Shown here: piece by piece, positions 19,737 to 29,243 of the stretch
How the letters are laid out: each line of letters begins with the position of its first letter
Numbering within the stretch: position 1 is the first letter of the stretch
Assembly: GCA_963828165.1 (NCBI GenBank)
Contig: CAWHDR010000001.1
Span: 224,001 to 288,000, forward strand
Source: an uncultured Chloroflexia bacterium
Lineage (GTDB): Bacteria > Chloroflexota > Limnocylindria > Limnocylindrales > CSP1-4
Length of the DNA stretch: 64,000 nucleotides
Direction of reading: 5' to 3'
The notes under the pieces: generated by a model
Database searches by the model: none
Told to the model about the DNA's origin: nothing
What the model saw: the letters and a program-made list of their open reading frames with translations, nothing else
Program-made: the position numbers and the translations under genes

Positions 19737-20882
19737 TCACCCGCCGCCGAGCACCTTCTCGCTCCGGTATCGATCGACGACCTCCTGGCTGACGTCGATC
19801 CCGAGGCCCGGCTTCGTCGGCGGGTAGAACCAGCCATCCTTGTGCTCGATCGGCTCGGGCACGAGCTCGTGCTGCATCGGATTGCGGAGTGGCTTGACCT
19901 CGATCAGCTTGAAGGCCGGTGAGCTGAAGCTCATCGCCAGACTGGCCGCGGTGACGATGGCGGACGACCAGCAGTGGGCGTTCGCCTGGCGCCGGTAGAA
20001 CTCGATCCGTTCGACGGCGCGCTTGAAGCCGGTGATCCCCTCGGCTCGCCCGGGGTCGATGCCGACCACGTCGACCGTGCCGGTGCCGAGCACCCGCTCG
20101 AAGCCCTCCACGTTCCACTCCTTCTCGCCGTACGCGATCAGGCTCGTGGTCTTGCTGCGCAGGTTGGCGTAGCCCTCCGGATCCCACGCGCCGAGCGGTT
20201 CCTCGATCCAGTGGAGGCCGTACTCATCGAACGCCTGGACGCGCCGGACGGCCGTCATGACGTCCCATTTCACGTTCCACCCGCAGTCGATCATGATCAT
20301 CTGCTCGGGCCCAAGCCCCTCGCGCATCTTGCGGATGTACTCGACGTCCCGATCGTGCTCGTACCCGAGCCGGGCGTTGCCCCGCTTGCCGAAGCCGACC
20401 TTGAGGCCATGCATCCCGGGGGCGACCCATTCCTGGGCCTCTTCGACCATCCGGTCGATGTCCTCGTAGTGGGCATGGCTCGAGGCCACGGCCGGCAGCT
20501 TCTCGTGGACCGCGCCGCCCAGGAGCTGGACGACCGGTACCTCCAGGAGCTTGCCCTTGATATCCCAGAGCGCGATGTCGATCGCGGCGACGGCATAGCT
20601 CGCGATGCCGCCGTTGTAGCCGTACCACCACATCTGGTCACGAAGCGAGTGCCAGATCGCGATGTTGTCGAGCGGGTCCTTGCCGACCACCCGCTCCGCC
20701 ATGCCCTCGATGATCGCCTTGACCGCGAAGTTCGCCTCGGGGAACTGGGTGATGGACTCACCCCAGCCCACGACACCGTCGTCGGTCGTGATCTTGACGA
20801 GGCAGAGGTGCCGGAGCGCATCGTAGTCGTTCGGCTCCGGGTAGCTCACGGGGATGGCTTCGACCGTCTGGACCTTGCTCAC
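19737..20882 (-). CDS. Enolase superfamily, mandelate racemase subgroup (acid-sugar dehydratase-like)
   Basis: 'IDIALWDIKGK', metal ligands D(CG), E(EP), (G)E, His in 'NAHCW', 'PGLGID'. RBS AAAGGAG. Confidence 0.9.
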   Translation of the reverse strand: MSKVQTVEAIPVSYPEPNDYDALRHLCLVKITTDDGVVGWGESITQFPEANFAVKAIIEGMAERVVGKDPLDNIAIWHSLRDQMWWYGYNGGIASYAVAAIDIALWDIKGKLLEVPVVQLLGGAVHEKLPAVASSHAHYEDIDRMVEEAQEWVAPGMHGLKVGFGKRGNARLGYEHDRDVEYIRKMREGLGPEQMIMIDCGWNVKWDVMTAVRRVQAFDEYGLHWIEEPLGAWDPEGYANLRSKTTSLIAYGEKEWNVEGFERVLGTGTVDVVGIDPGRAEGITGFKRAVERIEFYRRQANAHCWSSAIVTAASLAMSFSSPAFKLIEVKPLRNPMQHELVPEPIEHKDGWFYPPTKPGLGIDVSQEVVDRYRSEKVLGGG

Positions 20883-21042
20883 GAGGGACAGGCTCCTTTC
20901 GGGAGGATGGCTGGGCGATCGACCCGCCGAGCGGGCCCTCCTTGCCCGGCCGATACAGCACGGGACAGCGGCTCGGCACGCCCGAGCACCACGGTTTCGA
21001 CCGGCTGGGACAGGTTGCAGATCCAAGCGTGAATCGCGTCTG

Positions 21043-21066
21043 ATATCATTTCCAGACTCGTTTCCA
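21043..21066 (-). promoter_or_regulatory. Tandem LacI-type operator candidate (TGGAAACGAGTC-TGGAAATGATAT)
   Basis: Two adjacent 12-bp units in a divergent intergenic region. Confidence 0.6.
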
Positions 21067-21150
21067 CCCGACGGTCATCGTAGGGTCGCCCTTCTCCTGC
21101 GTCAATCCGGATCGAGGCCCTGACGGGCCCCGCGAAAGGAGTCCAGATCG

Positions 21151-22218
21151 ATGGCGAAGCTCCGCCTCGGCGTCATCGGTGCCGGGTCGTGGACGCTTGG
21201 TTCCCACTTGCCGAATCTGGCCAAGCACCGGGACGAGGTCGAGTTCGTCATCGTCAACCGGCGCAATCCGGACCTGCTCTCCAAGATCCAGTCGGAATGG
21301 GGCTTCGCCAAGTCCTCGACGGACTGGCATGACGTCATCGCCGAGAAGCCGGACATCGTCGTGATCGGGAGCCCACCCGGTTACCACTGGGAGCAGAGCA
21401 AGGCCGCGCTCGAGGCCGGTGCGCAGGTCATGTGCGAGAAGCCCTTCACGATCGACCCGGCGCATGCCTGGGACCTCGACGAGACCACCCGTCGGACGGG
21501 GAACCACCTGATCCTGTCCTACGGCTGGAACTACCGGCCGATGGTCATCGACGCGCACCGGATGATGCACGAGGATGGTGGCGTCGGCGAGATCGAGCAC
21601 GTCGCGCTGCACATGGACTCCGTGACCCGGGAGCTGCTGTCCGAGACGGGCGACTACCCCGGCGCCTCGCCCGAATCCATCCCCCAGCCGGACACGTGGT
21701 CGCGTCCCGAGACATCCGGTGGTGGCTACGGGCAGGCCCAGCTGACCCACCTGCTCGGCGTCTCGCTCTGGCTGACCGAACTGCGCGGCCAGGACGTGTT
21801 CGCATTCATGTCCGCTCCACTGGACGCCAAGGTGGAGCTCCACGACGCGGTCTCGATCCGGTACACGAATGGCGCGATCGGCACGATGAGTGGCGCGTCG
21901 AGCCACCTCGGCGGCGCGAACAACCGTCATGCCGTGGAGGTCCGCGTGGTCGGCTCGAAGGGCATGTTCCACCTCGATCTGCGCGACAACGTCCTGTGGC
22001 GCTATCGCTCGCCGGCGGACGACGTCCGCGTCCCACTCGAATCCGACGCCGGCCTGTACGACTGCACGGGACCGATCGAGGCGCTCGTGGCGGCCGGCGC
22101 CGGCCGGCCGTTCGACAACAATTCACCGGCCGAGCTCGGTGCCCGGACCGTCGAGATCCTCGAGGCCGCGTACCGCAGCGCGGGCAGTGGGGCTGCGGAG
22201 CGGGTGAAGACGCTGTGA
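21151..22218 (+). CDS. Gfo/Idh/MocA-family oxidoreductase
   Basis: GAGSW Rossmann motif, 'CEKP', 'WSRPETSGGG', 'THLL'. Confidence 0.92.
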   Translation: MAKLRLGVIGAGSWTLGSHLPNLAKHRDEVEFVIVNRRNPDLLSKIQSEWGFAKSSTDWHDVIAEKPDIVVIGSPPGYHWEQSKAALEAGAQVMCEKPFTIDPAHAWDLDETTRRTGNHLILSYGWNYRPMVIDAHRMMHEDGGVGEIEHVALHMDSVTRELLSETGDYPGASPESIPQPDTWSRPETSGGGYGQAQLTHLLGVSLWLTELRGQDVFAFMSAPLDAKVELHDAVSIRYTNGAIGTMSGASSHLGGANNRHAVEVRVVGSKGMFHLDLRDNVLWRYRSPADDVRVPLESDAGLYDCTGPIEALVAAGAGRPFDNNSPAELGARTVEILEAAYRSAGSGAAERVKTL

Positions 22219-22266
22219 TGATCCCTCCCGCCAGGTCAACGAACCAGAACGTCATGGAGTGTCGCG

Positions 22267-23376
22267 ATGCTCGCTGAAGTCACCAGCCCGCTCAAGGGCG
22301 AATGGATGACGCCTCGACGGCGCTTCCTCTCGGCTGTCTATCGCGGCAACGTCGACAAGGTGCCGGCCTGTACGCTCAGCTCGGTCGTGACGGTCGAGAT
22401 GATGGACCTGGTCAATGCGCCCTTCCCCGAGGCGCACCTGGACGCCGAGCTCATGGCCAGGCTCGCGGCGACCGCGCACGACGTGTTCGGGATGGACACG
22501 ATCATGCCGGTCTTCCATTCCCAGCTCGAATCGGATGCGCTCGGCGGCGAGACCGAGTGGGCCGAGAAGGACAACTGGCCATCGCCGTCGCGGTTCACGA
22601 TCGAGGAGCCTGACCAGGTCAAGATCCCCGACGACTTCGTCGAGCGGCCGACCATGGCCGCGGTCACCGGCGCGATCAAGCTGCTCCGCCATCGCTACCC
22701 GGACGTCGCCATCGTCGGCAAGGTCTACGGCCCGTGGTCGGTCGGCTACCAGATGGTCGGCATCGAGAGCTTCCTGATGGACGTCATGCTCGATCCGGAC
22801 AAGATCAAGCGCTACCTGGACGCGTTCGTGCCGGCCTGCATCGCCTCCGCCCAGGCGCAGTTCGAGGCGGGTGCCGATGCCGTGATGTGGGCCGACCACA
22901 CGACCGGCGACCTGTGTCGTGCCGAGACCTACCGCGACTTCCTGCTGGAGATGCACCAGCACATCACCCAGGAGATGGGCGGGCCCGGCATCTTCCACTG
23001 CTGCGGCAAGACCATCGACCGGGTGCACCTCTTCGCCGCGGCCGGCTGGGATGTCTTCCACTTCGAGTCCCAGGTCGACGCCCGCGAGGCCCGCGAGATG
23101 GCCGGCGAGCGCATGGCGCTGATGGGCAACCTCAACAACCCGACGCTGCTCTGGCAGGGCACGCCCGAGGAGGTCTACAAGGCGTGCTGGGACCTCATGG
23201 ATGCCGGCGTCGACGGGCTCGCGCCTGAGGGCTCGGTCCCGCTCGTGACCAAGAAGGAGCCGCTGATGGCGATCGCCCACGCGGCCCGCGACTGGTCGGC
23301 ACTGCATCGTGGCGACGACGGCGTCGTCCATCGCCCCGACCCATCCACCAGCACGTATCCCGGCTACCCGGGCTAG
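22267..23376 (+). CDS. MtaA/CmuA-like (UROD-fold) corrinoid methyltransferase
   Basis: MtaA-like N-terminus 'DKVPAC...VEMMD...FPEAH..AELMARLA', 'GPWS', 'FHCCG', 'GNLNN'. Directly upstream of a corrinoid protein. Confidence 0.85.
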   Translation: MLAEVTSPLKGEWMTPRRRFLSAVYRGNVDKVPACTLSSVVTVEMMDLVNAPFPEAHLDAELMARLAATAHDVFGMDTIMPVFHSQLESDALGGETEWAEKDNWPSPSRFTIEEPDQVKIPDDFVERPTMAAVTGAIKLLRHRYPDVAIVGKVYGPWSVGYQMVGIESFLMDVMLDPDKIKRYLDAFVPACIASAQAQFEAGADAVMWADHTTGDLCRAETYRDFLLEMHQHITQEMGGPGIFHCCGKTIDRVHLFAAAGWDVFHFESQVDAREAREMAGERMALMGNLNNPTLLWQGTPEEVYKACWDLMDAGVDGLAPEGSVPLVTKKEPLMAIAHAARDWSALHRGDDGVVHRPDPSTSTYPGYPG

Positions 23377-23412
23377 GCCACAAGAACCAGAGACGTAGGA
23401 GAACCACGGAGC

Positions 23413-24075
23413 ATGGCGGACCTGAAGCGACTCCAGACGGCTGTCGAGGTCGGCGACCGCGAGACCGCGGTCGAGGTGACCCAGCAGGCGATCGACGAGG
23501 AGATCCCTCCGAAGACCGTGCTCGATGCGATGACCGACGCGATGGGGGTCGTCGGTCAACGCTTCCAGGACAACGAGATCTACGTCCCCGAGATGCTGAT
23601 CAGCGCCCGGGCCATGAAAGCGGCCGTCGCGCTCCTGGAGCCGCTGCTCATCGGCTCGGGCTACAAGCCGGACAGCGTCGCCGTCATGGGCACGATCAAG
23701 GGCGATCTCCACGACATCGGCAAGAACCTCGTCGGGATGATGCTCAAGGGCGCGAACTTCGAGATCTTCGACCTGGGCACCAACGTCTCGGTCGACAAGT
23801 TCATGGCCGCCGCACGCGAGCACAAGGCGGACATCATCGGGATCAGCGCCCTGCTGACGACGACCATGGGCGGCATGCGCGGCGTGATCGAGGCCGTCCG
23901 TGCCGCGGACGACCTGCCGAACCTCCCGGTCATGGTCGGCGGCGCGGCGGTGACCAAGGAGTTCGCCGAGCAGATCGGCGCCGACGGCTGGGCGCCGGAC
24001 GCCGGCTCCGCGGTCATCCTCGCCCGGCGCCTCGTCGCCGAGGCACGCGCGGCGCGAGCCGACAACGTCGCCTGA
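23413..24075 (+). CDS. Corrinoid (B12-binding) methyl-carrier protein
   Basis: Cap domain 'YVPEMLISARAM', D-x-H-x-x-G motif 'GDLHDIGKNLV', 'SALLTTT', 'VGGA'. Confidence 0.95.
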   Translation: MADLKRLQTAVEVGDRETAVEVTQQAIDEEIPPKTVLDAMTDAMGVVGQRFQDNEIYVPEMLISARAMKAAVALLEPLLIGSGYKPDSVAVMGTIKGDLHDIGKNLVGMMLKGANFEIFDLGTNVSVDKFMAAAREHKADIIGISALLTTTMGGMRGVIEAVRAADDLPNLPVMVGGAAVTKEFAEQIGADGWAPDAGSAVILARRLVAEARAARADNVA

Positions 24076-24083
24076 CGGGACGG

Positions 24084-25154
24084 CTAGGGCGCGGGCGACC
24101 CCACGGATGGCGCCGGCGTTGCCGCCGGCAGGCGCCCGGCCCGGAACGCATCGATGAACTCCACCCCGAAGGCGTCGACGCCGGTCAGGAGATCCGCGGC
24201 CAGTCGGTAGGACTCGGCCTCGCGGTCCGGCGCCAGCGCGCTGCGGATGTCGGCCGCGACCGGGTCGACGATCCCGCTGTCCTGGCCCGCCACCACGCAC
24301 AGGTCGAGGAAGACGTCGCTGATGAGCCGGCGCGCCGGCATCCCGAACGACACGTTGGACACGCCGCTGGTGATGTGGAGCTCCGGTCCGTAGCGGGCGC
24401 GTAGCTGGCGGACGGCCTCGAGGTAGGCGGACCCGCCATCCGGGTCGACACCGATCGGGATGACCAGCGGGTCCACGTGCAGCGCGGCGAGGTCGAGACC
24501 GTGGGCGACTGCCATCTCGATCAGCTCGACCGCGCGGACCATTCGCTCCTCGGTGCCGGTCGGCATCGTCGCCCCCGTCGAGGACAGCACGACCGGCGAG
24601 CCACGATCAGCCGCCATCCCAAGGACGTCGACTCTGTCGGCCGCTGCCGAGTTCAGCATCGGTGGAGCCCCGCCGGCCCAGCCCGGGTCCAGGAGCTCGA
24701 GCCCGACGGTCATCACCGACGAGTCGGACGAGTCGATGGAGAGTGGGACGCTCGACACCGGGCCGACCGCCCGGACGAGCCAGGCCATGGCCTCGAGGCG
24801 ACCGTCGACATCGGGTGAGACCTCGTCGACGTTGATGTCGAGATAGGCCGCGCCGCCGGCGATCTGGCGAGCTGCCATCCAGCGCACATACGCGGTGGCG
24901 ATCGCGGCATCGGGGCCGTTGGCCATCCCCTCCAGCACGGCGGCCATCACGTGCTTGACACGGCCAGACTGGAATTCGCGCGTGTCCTGGATGACCGGCG
25001 GGACCGGCAGCAGGGCCTCGCCGTCCTCGAGCGGGACCCGGACGGCCGGCTGGCCCGACGGTGTCTCGGCGATCCGGCTACCGTCGCGGCGGACGACCCG
25101 GCTCGTGTGGATGTTCTCGCCGATGATGATGAACGGCACTGGCGGGACGGACAA
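24084..25154 (-). CDS. Pterin-binding methyltetrahydrofolate:corrinoid methyltransferase (AcsE/MeTr-like)
   Basis: 'IIGENI', 'YLDINVD', 'LSIDS', 'LNS', 'VDPLVIP', 'GVSNVSFGMP'. TTG start after GGAGGA. Confidence 0.85.
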   Translation of the reverse strand: MSVPPVPFIIIGENIHTSRVVRRDGSRIAETPSGQPAVRVPLEDGEALLPVPPVIQDTREFQSGRVKHVMAAVLEGMANGPDAAIATAYVRWMAARQIAGGAAYLDINVDEVSPDVDGRLEAMAWLVRAVGPVSSVPLSIDSSDSSVMTVGLELLDPGWAGGAPPMLNSAAADRVDVLGMAADRGSPVVLSSTGATMPTGTEERMVRAVELIEMAVAHGLDLAALHVDPLVIPIGVDPDGGSAYLEAVRQLRARYGPELHITSGVSNVSFGMPARRLISDVFLDLCVVAGQDSGIVDPVAADIRSALAPDREAESYRLAADLLTGVDAFGVEFIDAFRAGRLPAATPAPSVGSPAP

Positions 25155-25188
25155 CGAGCGATCCTCCAAGTCGGTAACGGGCGCCGCG

Positions 25189-26800
25189 TCAGGCGGCGAT
25201 GGGCACGAATCGGCAGCCGTCGACGAACAATTCGAAGAAGTCGTCCTCGGTCTCCAGCTCGACGTGCTCGATCCGCCCGACGAGCGCGTCGAGAGCGTCG
25301 CGCCGGCTCCTGGACAGCAGCAGGCCGGCGGCGCCATGGAGCGCCGCGTTGCCGACGCGGACCACGCGATCGACGGGGACCGGCGCGAGCAGGCCGATCT
25401 CGATCGCGTTCTGCACGTTCACGGCGTTGGCGAACCCGCCCGCGAGATAGACCCGGTCGACCTGGTCGGCGGTCACCCCCAGGCGGCGGAGCAGGATCCG
25501 CTGGCCACAGGCGTTCGCGGCCTTGGCCTGTGCGAGCAGGCTCGCGTCCGACCGCGAGAACGTGATGCCCTGCTCAGGCGCGACGAGAAACTCGTCCAGG
25601 TCGTCACGGAACCGACCCTCTTCGTTCATCCAGCGCGCGCGCCGGAGTTCGGCCAGGACGTCGACGAGTCCCGAACCGCAGATGCCGACCGGGTCGACGT
25701 CCCCGATCGTGCCCAGCGTGAATGCCTCACCCTCGAGTTGGATCGTTTCGATGGCCCCGTCGGCGCCCGACATCCCGAAGCGCAGCAGGCCGCCCTCGAA
25801 CGCCGGGCCGGCCGGGCACGAGGCCGCCAGGAAGCGCGTCCCGTCGGTCACCACGACTTCGGTGTTCGTGCCGATGTCGATGAGCATCCGGATGCCCTGG
25901 CCCGTGGCGAACTCGACCGCGACGAGGTCGGCCGCGGTATCGCCGCCGACGTGACTGGCGATGACCGGGGCACCGACCACGCGGCCATGGGGGTTCATGA
26001 GCAACCCGACCTCGTGGCCGCGCCGCCGGACCCAGGTCGAGTCGCTCTGGCCGGCGAGCATCGCGACTTCCGTGATCGACTTGTACGGGAACTCGCCGAT
26101 CGGCCCGATGTCGATGCCGAAGAACAGGTCGCGCATCGTGCTGTTGGCGACGATGATCGCCTCGTAGACCTCGTGTCGGTCGATCCCGTGCTCCCGGTAC
26201 AGGTCGCGCAAGGCGTGGTTGAGCGCGCGGCGAACGGCCAGCCGCATCGCGCCCGGGAAATCCTTCTCGTAGGAGATGCGGGTCATCACGTCGCTGCCGC
26301 CGAAGCGCTGCGGGTTCTCGAGGGCGCCGCCCGCGACGGCTGCGCCGGTCAGCAGGTCGATGATCCGGAAGACGACCGTCGTCGTGCCGATGTCGATCGC
26401 CAGCCCGAGCACATGGTTCCGCCGGAGCCCGATGGGCTGGCCCGCATAGAACACCGCCGTGTCGTCCGCGGTGACGACGGGGTCCAGCCGGGTGGCCGGC
26501 GCTTCCATCGATTCGAGGATGCGCATCCGCCGGCGGATGATGGCGAAGTCGATGTCGGTCGTCGCGGTCTCGATCGTGGCCTGGCAGGCGAGACGGAAGC
26601 CGCCCTTCAGATACGCCTCCGGCAGCGTCCGCGGCGAGAGACCTTCGAACCCCTGGCGGACCTCGACCACGCACTCTCGGCAGCGACCGGTCCGGCGACA
26701 CGATTGCGGGCACCGCCGACGACACCTCGTCGGCGTAGTCGAACAGCGTCCGCCCGACGACAAGCGGACGGTGCTCGATCCCCTGGATGACTTCAGGCAA
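25189..26800 (-). CDS. ASKHA ATP-dependent reductive activator of corrinoid proteins (RACE/RACo) with N-terminal [2Fe-2S] domain; apparent +1 frameshift at 26708-26710
   Basis: 'SCRRTGRCREC...RLACQ', 'IDIGTTT', 'IDIGTNTE', 'PAGPAFEG', 'GICGSG', 'LAGGF'. The N-terminal 'PEV...RTLFDYAD...AVP' lies in another frame. Confidence 0.88.
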
Positions 26801-26891
26801 GCTGGCGGACCTCGGGTGGCACTGTCGACTGACCGGCGCCGTTTGTCGCCGGCCGTCGATCGCTGTGTGCGCGGCGACGACTATCCCACGC

Positions 26892-26915
26892 TGGTAGCGG
26901 TTCTGCAATCGTTAC
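26892..26915 (+). promoter_or_regulatory. Tandem LacI-type operator candidate (TGGTAGCGGTTC-TGCAATCGTTAC)
   Basis: Two adjacent 12-bp CG-centred units upstream of the activator gene. Confidence 0.55.
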
Positions 26916-26971
26916 CGACGGGGTCGGCCCGTCTGGAGCCGGCGCGGGGCTGCGCCAGGGCTCCGCAGCGA

Positions 26972-28015
26972 TCAGCCGGCGTGTGGGACCGGGCCGCAGC
27001 TCGGGCGGGGCGTAAAGGTCGTCGGAAGCAGGACGGTGCGCGGTTCGCCCCCGCCCAGCCGCTCCAGCAGGAGCTCGGCGGCCGTGCGGCCCAGCAGCAG
27101 GGTGTCGCGCGCGACCGACGCGATCGGCGGGTCATGCAGCTCCGACAGGTCGACTTCATCGCAGGTCACCAGCGAGATGTCGGTCGGGATCTTCACGCCG
27201 TGCCGGACCAGCGCACGCACGCAGCCGGCGAGGACCTGGTTGCCGCCCGCGACGATGGCGGTCGGTCGCGGGTCCATCGTCAGCAGCTGCTCGGTCGATG
27301 CCTCGCCGTGCTCCGCGGACAACGATCCAGCCAGGGTGATGGTCTCGTCGCGGATGCCTTTGGCGGCAACGGCATCGGCCATGCCGGCGATCCGTTCGCG
27401 AACGGGCCACAGGTCGAGAGGGCCGGTGATGAGCGCGATCCGGCGGTGTCCGAGATCAAGCAGGTGCTCGACCGCGGCTCGCATCCCCGTCTTGTGATCG
27501 TTGCGCACGATGCTCGCCCGCAGATCGCCGGGGACGTCTCGGTCGATCATGATGATCGGGACGTCGACCTGGGTCAGGACGTCGAGGGTCCCCGAGCGCC
27601 GTTCGCTCGCGAGGGACAGGATCATGCCGTCGACACGCCGCGCCTGGAAGAACCGGATGTGGGCGGCGTCGAGCTCGGGGTCGTTCTCGGAATTCATCAG
27701 GAGCATCGAGTAGCCCGCCGAGCGGAGCGCGGACTCGGCACCCGACGTGATGGTGGCGATCAGCGGGTTCGAGATGTCGCCGACCACGTACCCGACGGAC
27801 AGGGTGGCGCCGCGACGCAGGCTCTGGGCCAGGAAGTCCGGCTCGTACTCCAGCTCCTGTACGGCGGCCAGGACGCGCTCGCGCATCTCGAGGCTGACAT
27901 CCGGATGCTCCGAGAGGACGCGGGAGACCGACGAGATCGCGACGTCGGCCAACTCGGCGACCTCGCGCATGCTGGCCCGCTTACGCCGGAGGTCCATCCG
28001 CCTGCCATCGTTCAT
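26972..28015 (-). CDS. LacI-family transcriptional regulator
   Basis: HTH 'SMREVAELADVAISSVSRVL', hinge 'YEPDFLAQSLRRG', sugar-binding domain. Start is 28015 or 27997. Confidence 0.95.
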   Translation of the reverse strand: MNDGRRMDLRRKRASMREVAELADVAISSVSRVLSEHPDVSLEMRERVLAAVQELEYEPDFLAQSLRRGATLSVGYVVGDISNPLIATITSGAESALRSAGYSMLLMNSENDPELDAAHIRFFQARRVDGMILSLASERRSGTLDVLTQVDVPIIMIDRDVPGDLRASIVRNDHKTGMRAAVEHLLDLGHRRIALITGPLDLWPVRERIAGMADAVAAKGIRDETITLAGSLSAEHGEASTEQLLTMDPRPTAIVAGGNQVLAGCVRALVRHGVKIPTDISLVTCDEVDLSELHDPPIASVARDTLLLGRTAAELLLERLGGGEPRTVLLPTTFTPRPSCGPVPHAG

Positions 28016-28188
28016 CCACGATCCCTCCCGTCGCGTCGTTGACCCGTCGCCGAGCGCGGTCGGGCGGCGGATTCGTCGTTCCAGTAACGGTTTCAGCGAC
28101 GGTAGCATAGCCAGCGTTGCCGTGCTGTTCCGTTCCCGCCCCAGGGATCGCCCGTGATTGACGATTCCGCGGCCCGGATGCCACGATG

Positions 28189-28216
28189 TGTAAACGAAAC
28201 TGGAAACGGTACCGCC
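28189..28216 (+). promoter_or_regulatory. Tandem LacI-type operator candidate (TGTAAACGAAAC-TGGAAACGGTAC)
   Basis: 28198-28216 is identical over 19 bp to 40781-40799. A further unit (TGAAACCGTTAC, minus strand) lies at 28084-28095. Confidence 0.7.
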
Positions 28217-28277
28217 CGGTCACCCCCCTTCCTCGCCCGGCCCGGCGGCCTTCTGAACCCTGGAGGCGCACACCACG

Positions 28278-29243
28278 ATGACCGCCACTTCCACCCCAGA
28301 TCGGCTCGACTGGTACCGGACGATGCTCCGGATCCGGCTCTTCGAGGAGAAGGTCCAGGAGCTGTTCATGACCGGGCAGATCCAGGGAACCACCCACCTC
28401 TGCCAGGGTCAGGAAGCCGTCTCCGTCGGCGCGATCGCGGCGATGCAGCCCGGCGACGTGCAGACCAACACGTACCGCGGCCACGGCGAGGCGCTGGCTC
28501 TTGGCATGGACCCGGAAGTGGCTTTTGCCGAACTCATGGGGCGGCGGACCGGCGGCTCCGGCGGCGTCGGCGGGTCGATGCACCTGATCGACTTCAGCAA
28601 GGGCAACATCGGCGCGAACGCCATCGTCGGGGCCGGGCTGCCGATCGCGGTCGGCGCAGCGGTCGCCTTCCAGATGCAGAAGAAGCCCAACGTCGCGCTC
28701 TCGTTCTTCGGGGACGGCGCGACGAACATCGGGACGTTTCACGAGGCCCTGAACATGGCCGCGGTCTGGACGGCCCCGGTCGTGTTCATCATCACCAACA
28801 ACCTGTACGGCGAGTACAGCCCGCTGCGGGCGACGACTCCCCTGGACGACCTGGCCCGGCGCGCCGATCCGTTCGGCATGCCCGGGATCATCGTCGACGG
28901 CCAGGACATCGACGCGGTGCACAGCGCGACGGTCGAGGCCGTCGAGCGGGCGCGCGGCGGTGAGGGGCCCAGCCTCCTCGAGATGAAGACGTATCGCTAC
29001 CGCGGCCACAGCCGGTCCGACCCCGCGAAGTACCGACCGGAGGGCGAGCTCGATCGCTGGAAGGCACGCGACCCGATCGAGCTTCTGGGCGCGCTGCTGG
29101 TGGCGGAGTCGATCATCGGACCGAACGACGCCGGCGAGATCCGGACCGAGACCCAGGCCGAGATCGATGCCGCCGCCGAGCGAGCGGCGAGTGCCCCCTT
29201 CCCCACCCTGGAGGAGACGCGACCCTATGTCTACGCTGAGTGA
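28278..29243 (+). CDS. TPP-dependent dehydrogenase E1 alpha subunit (acetoin/pyruvate dehydrogenase-like)
   Basis: 'GQEA', 'YRGHG', 'GGSMH', TPP motif 'GDGATN...NN', 'YRYRGHS..DP'. Confidence 0.95.
   Translation: MTATSTPDRLDWYRTMLRIRLFEEKVQELFMTGQIQGTTHLCQGQEAVSVGAIAAMQPGDVQTNTYRGHGEALALGMDPEVAFAELMGRRTGGSGGVGGSMHLIDFSKGNIGANAIVGAGLPIAVGAAVAFQMQKKPNVALSFFGDGATNIGTFHEALNMAAVWTAPVVFIITNNLYGEYSPLRATTPLDDLARRADPFGMPGIIVDGQDIDAVHSATVEAVERARGGEGPSLLEMKTYRYRGHSRSDPAKYRPEGELDRWKARDPIELLGALLVAESIIGPNDAGEIRTETQAEIDAAAERAASAPFPTLEETRPYVYAE

Noticed and set aside
23374-23412. Amber stop of the methyltransferase is in frame with the corrinoid gene (possible pyrrolysine readthrough)
   Set aside because: Pyrrolysine occurs in MtmB/MtbB/MttB active sites, not UROD-fold linkers. 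No pyl genes are in the window, the downstream gene has its own RBS, and in-frame spacing occurs one time in three by chance.
26704-26713. Programmed ribosomal frameshift in the activator gene
   Set aside because: No slippery heptamer or obvious stimulatory structure, and the same context recurs in two unrelated genes, favouring sequencing error.
22267-26800. Evidence for methanogenesis or a Wood-Ljungdahl pathway
   Set aside because: No mcr, mtr or acs/cdh genes are in the window, and such modules occur in diverse bacteria.
26801-26971. Cobalamin riboswitch upstream of the corrinoid genes
   Set aside because: No B12-box or convincing structure by eye here or at 20883-21150. An Rfam scan would be needed to exclude one fully.
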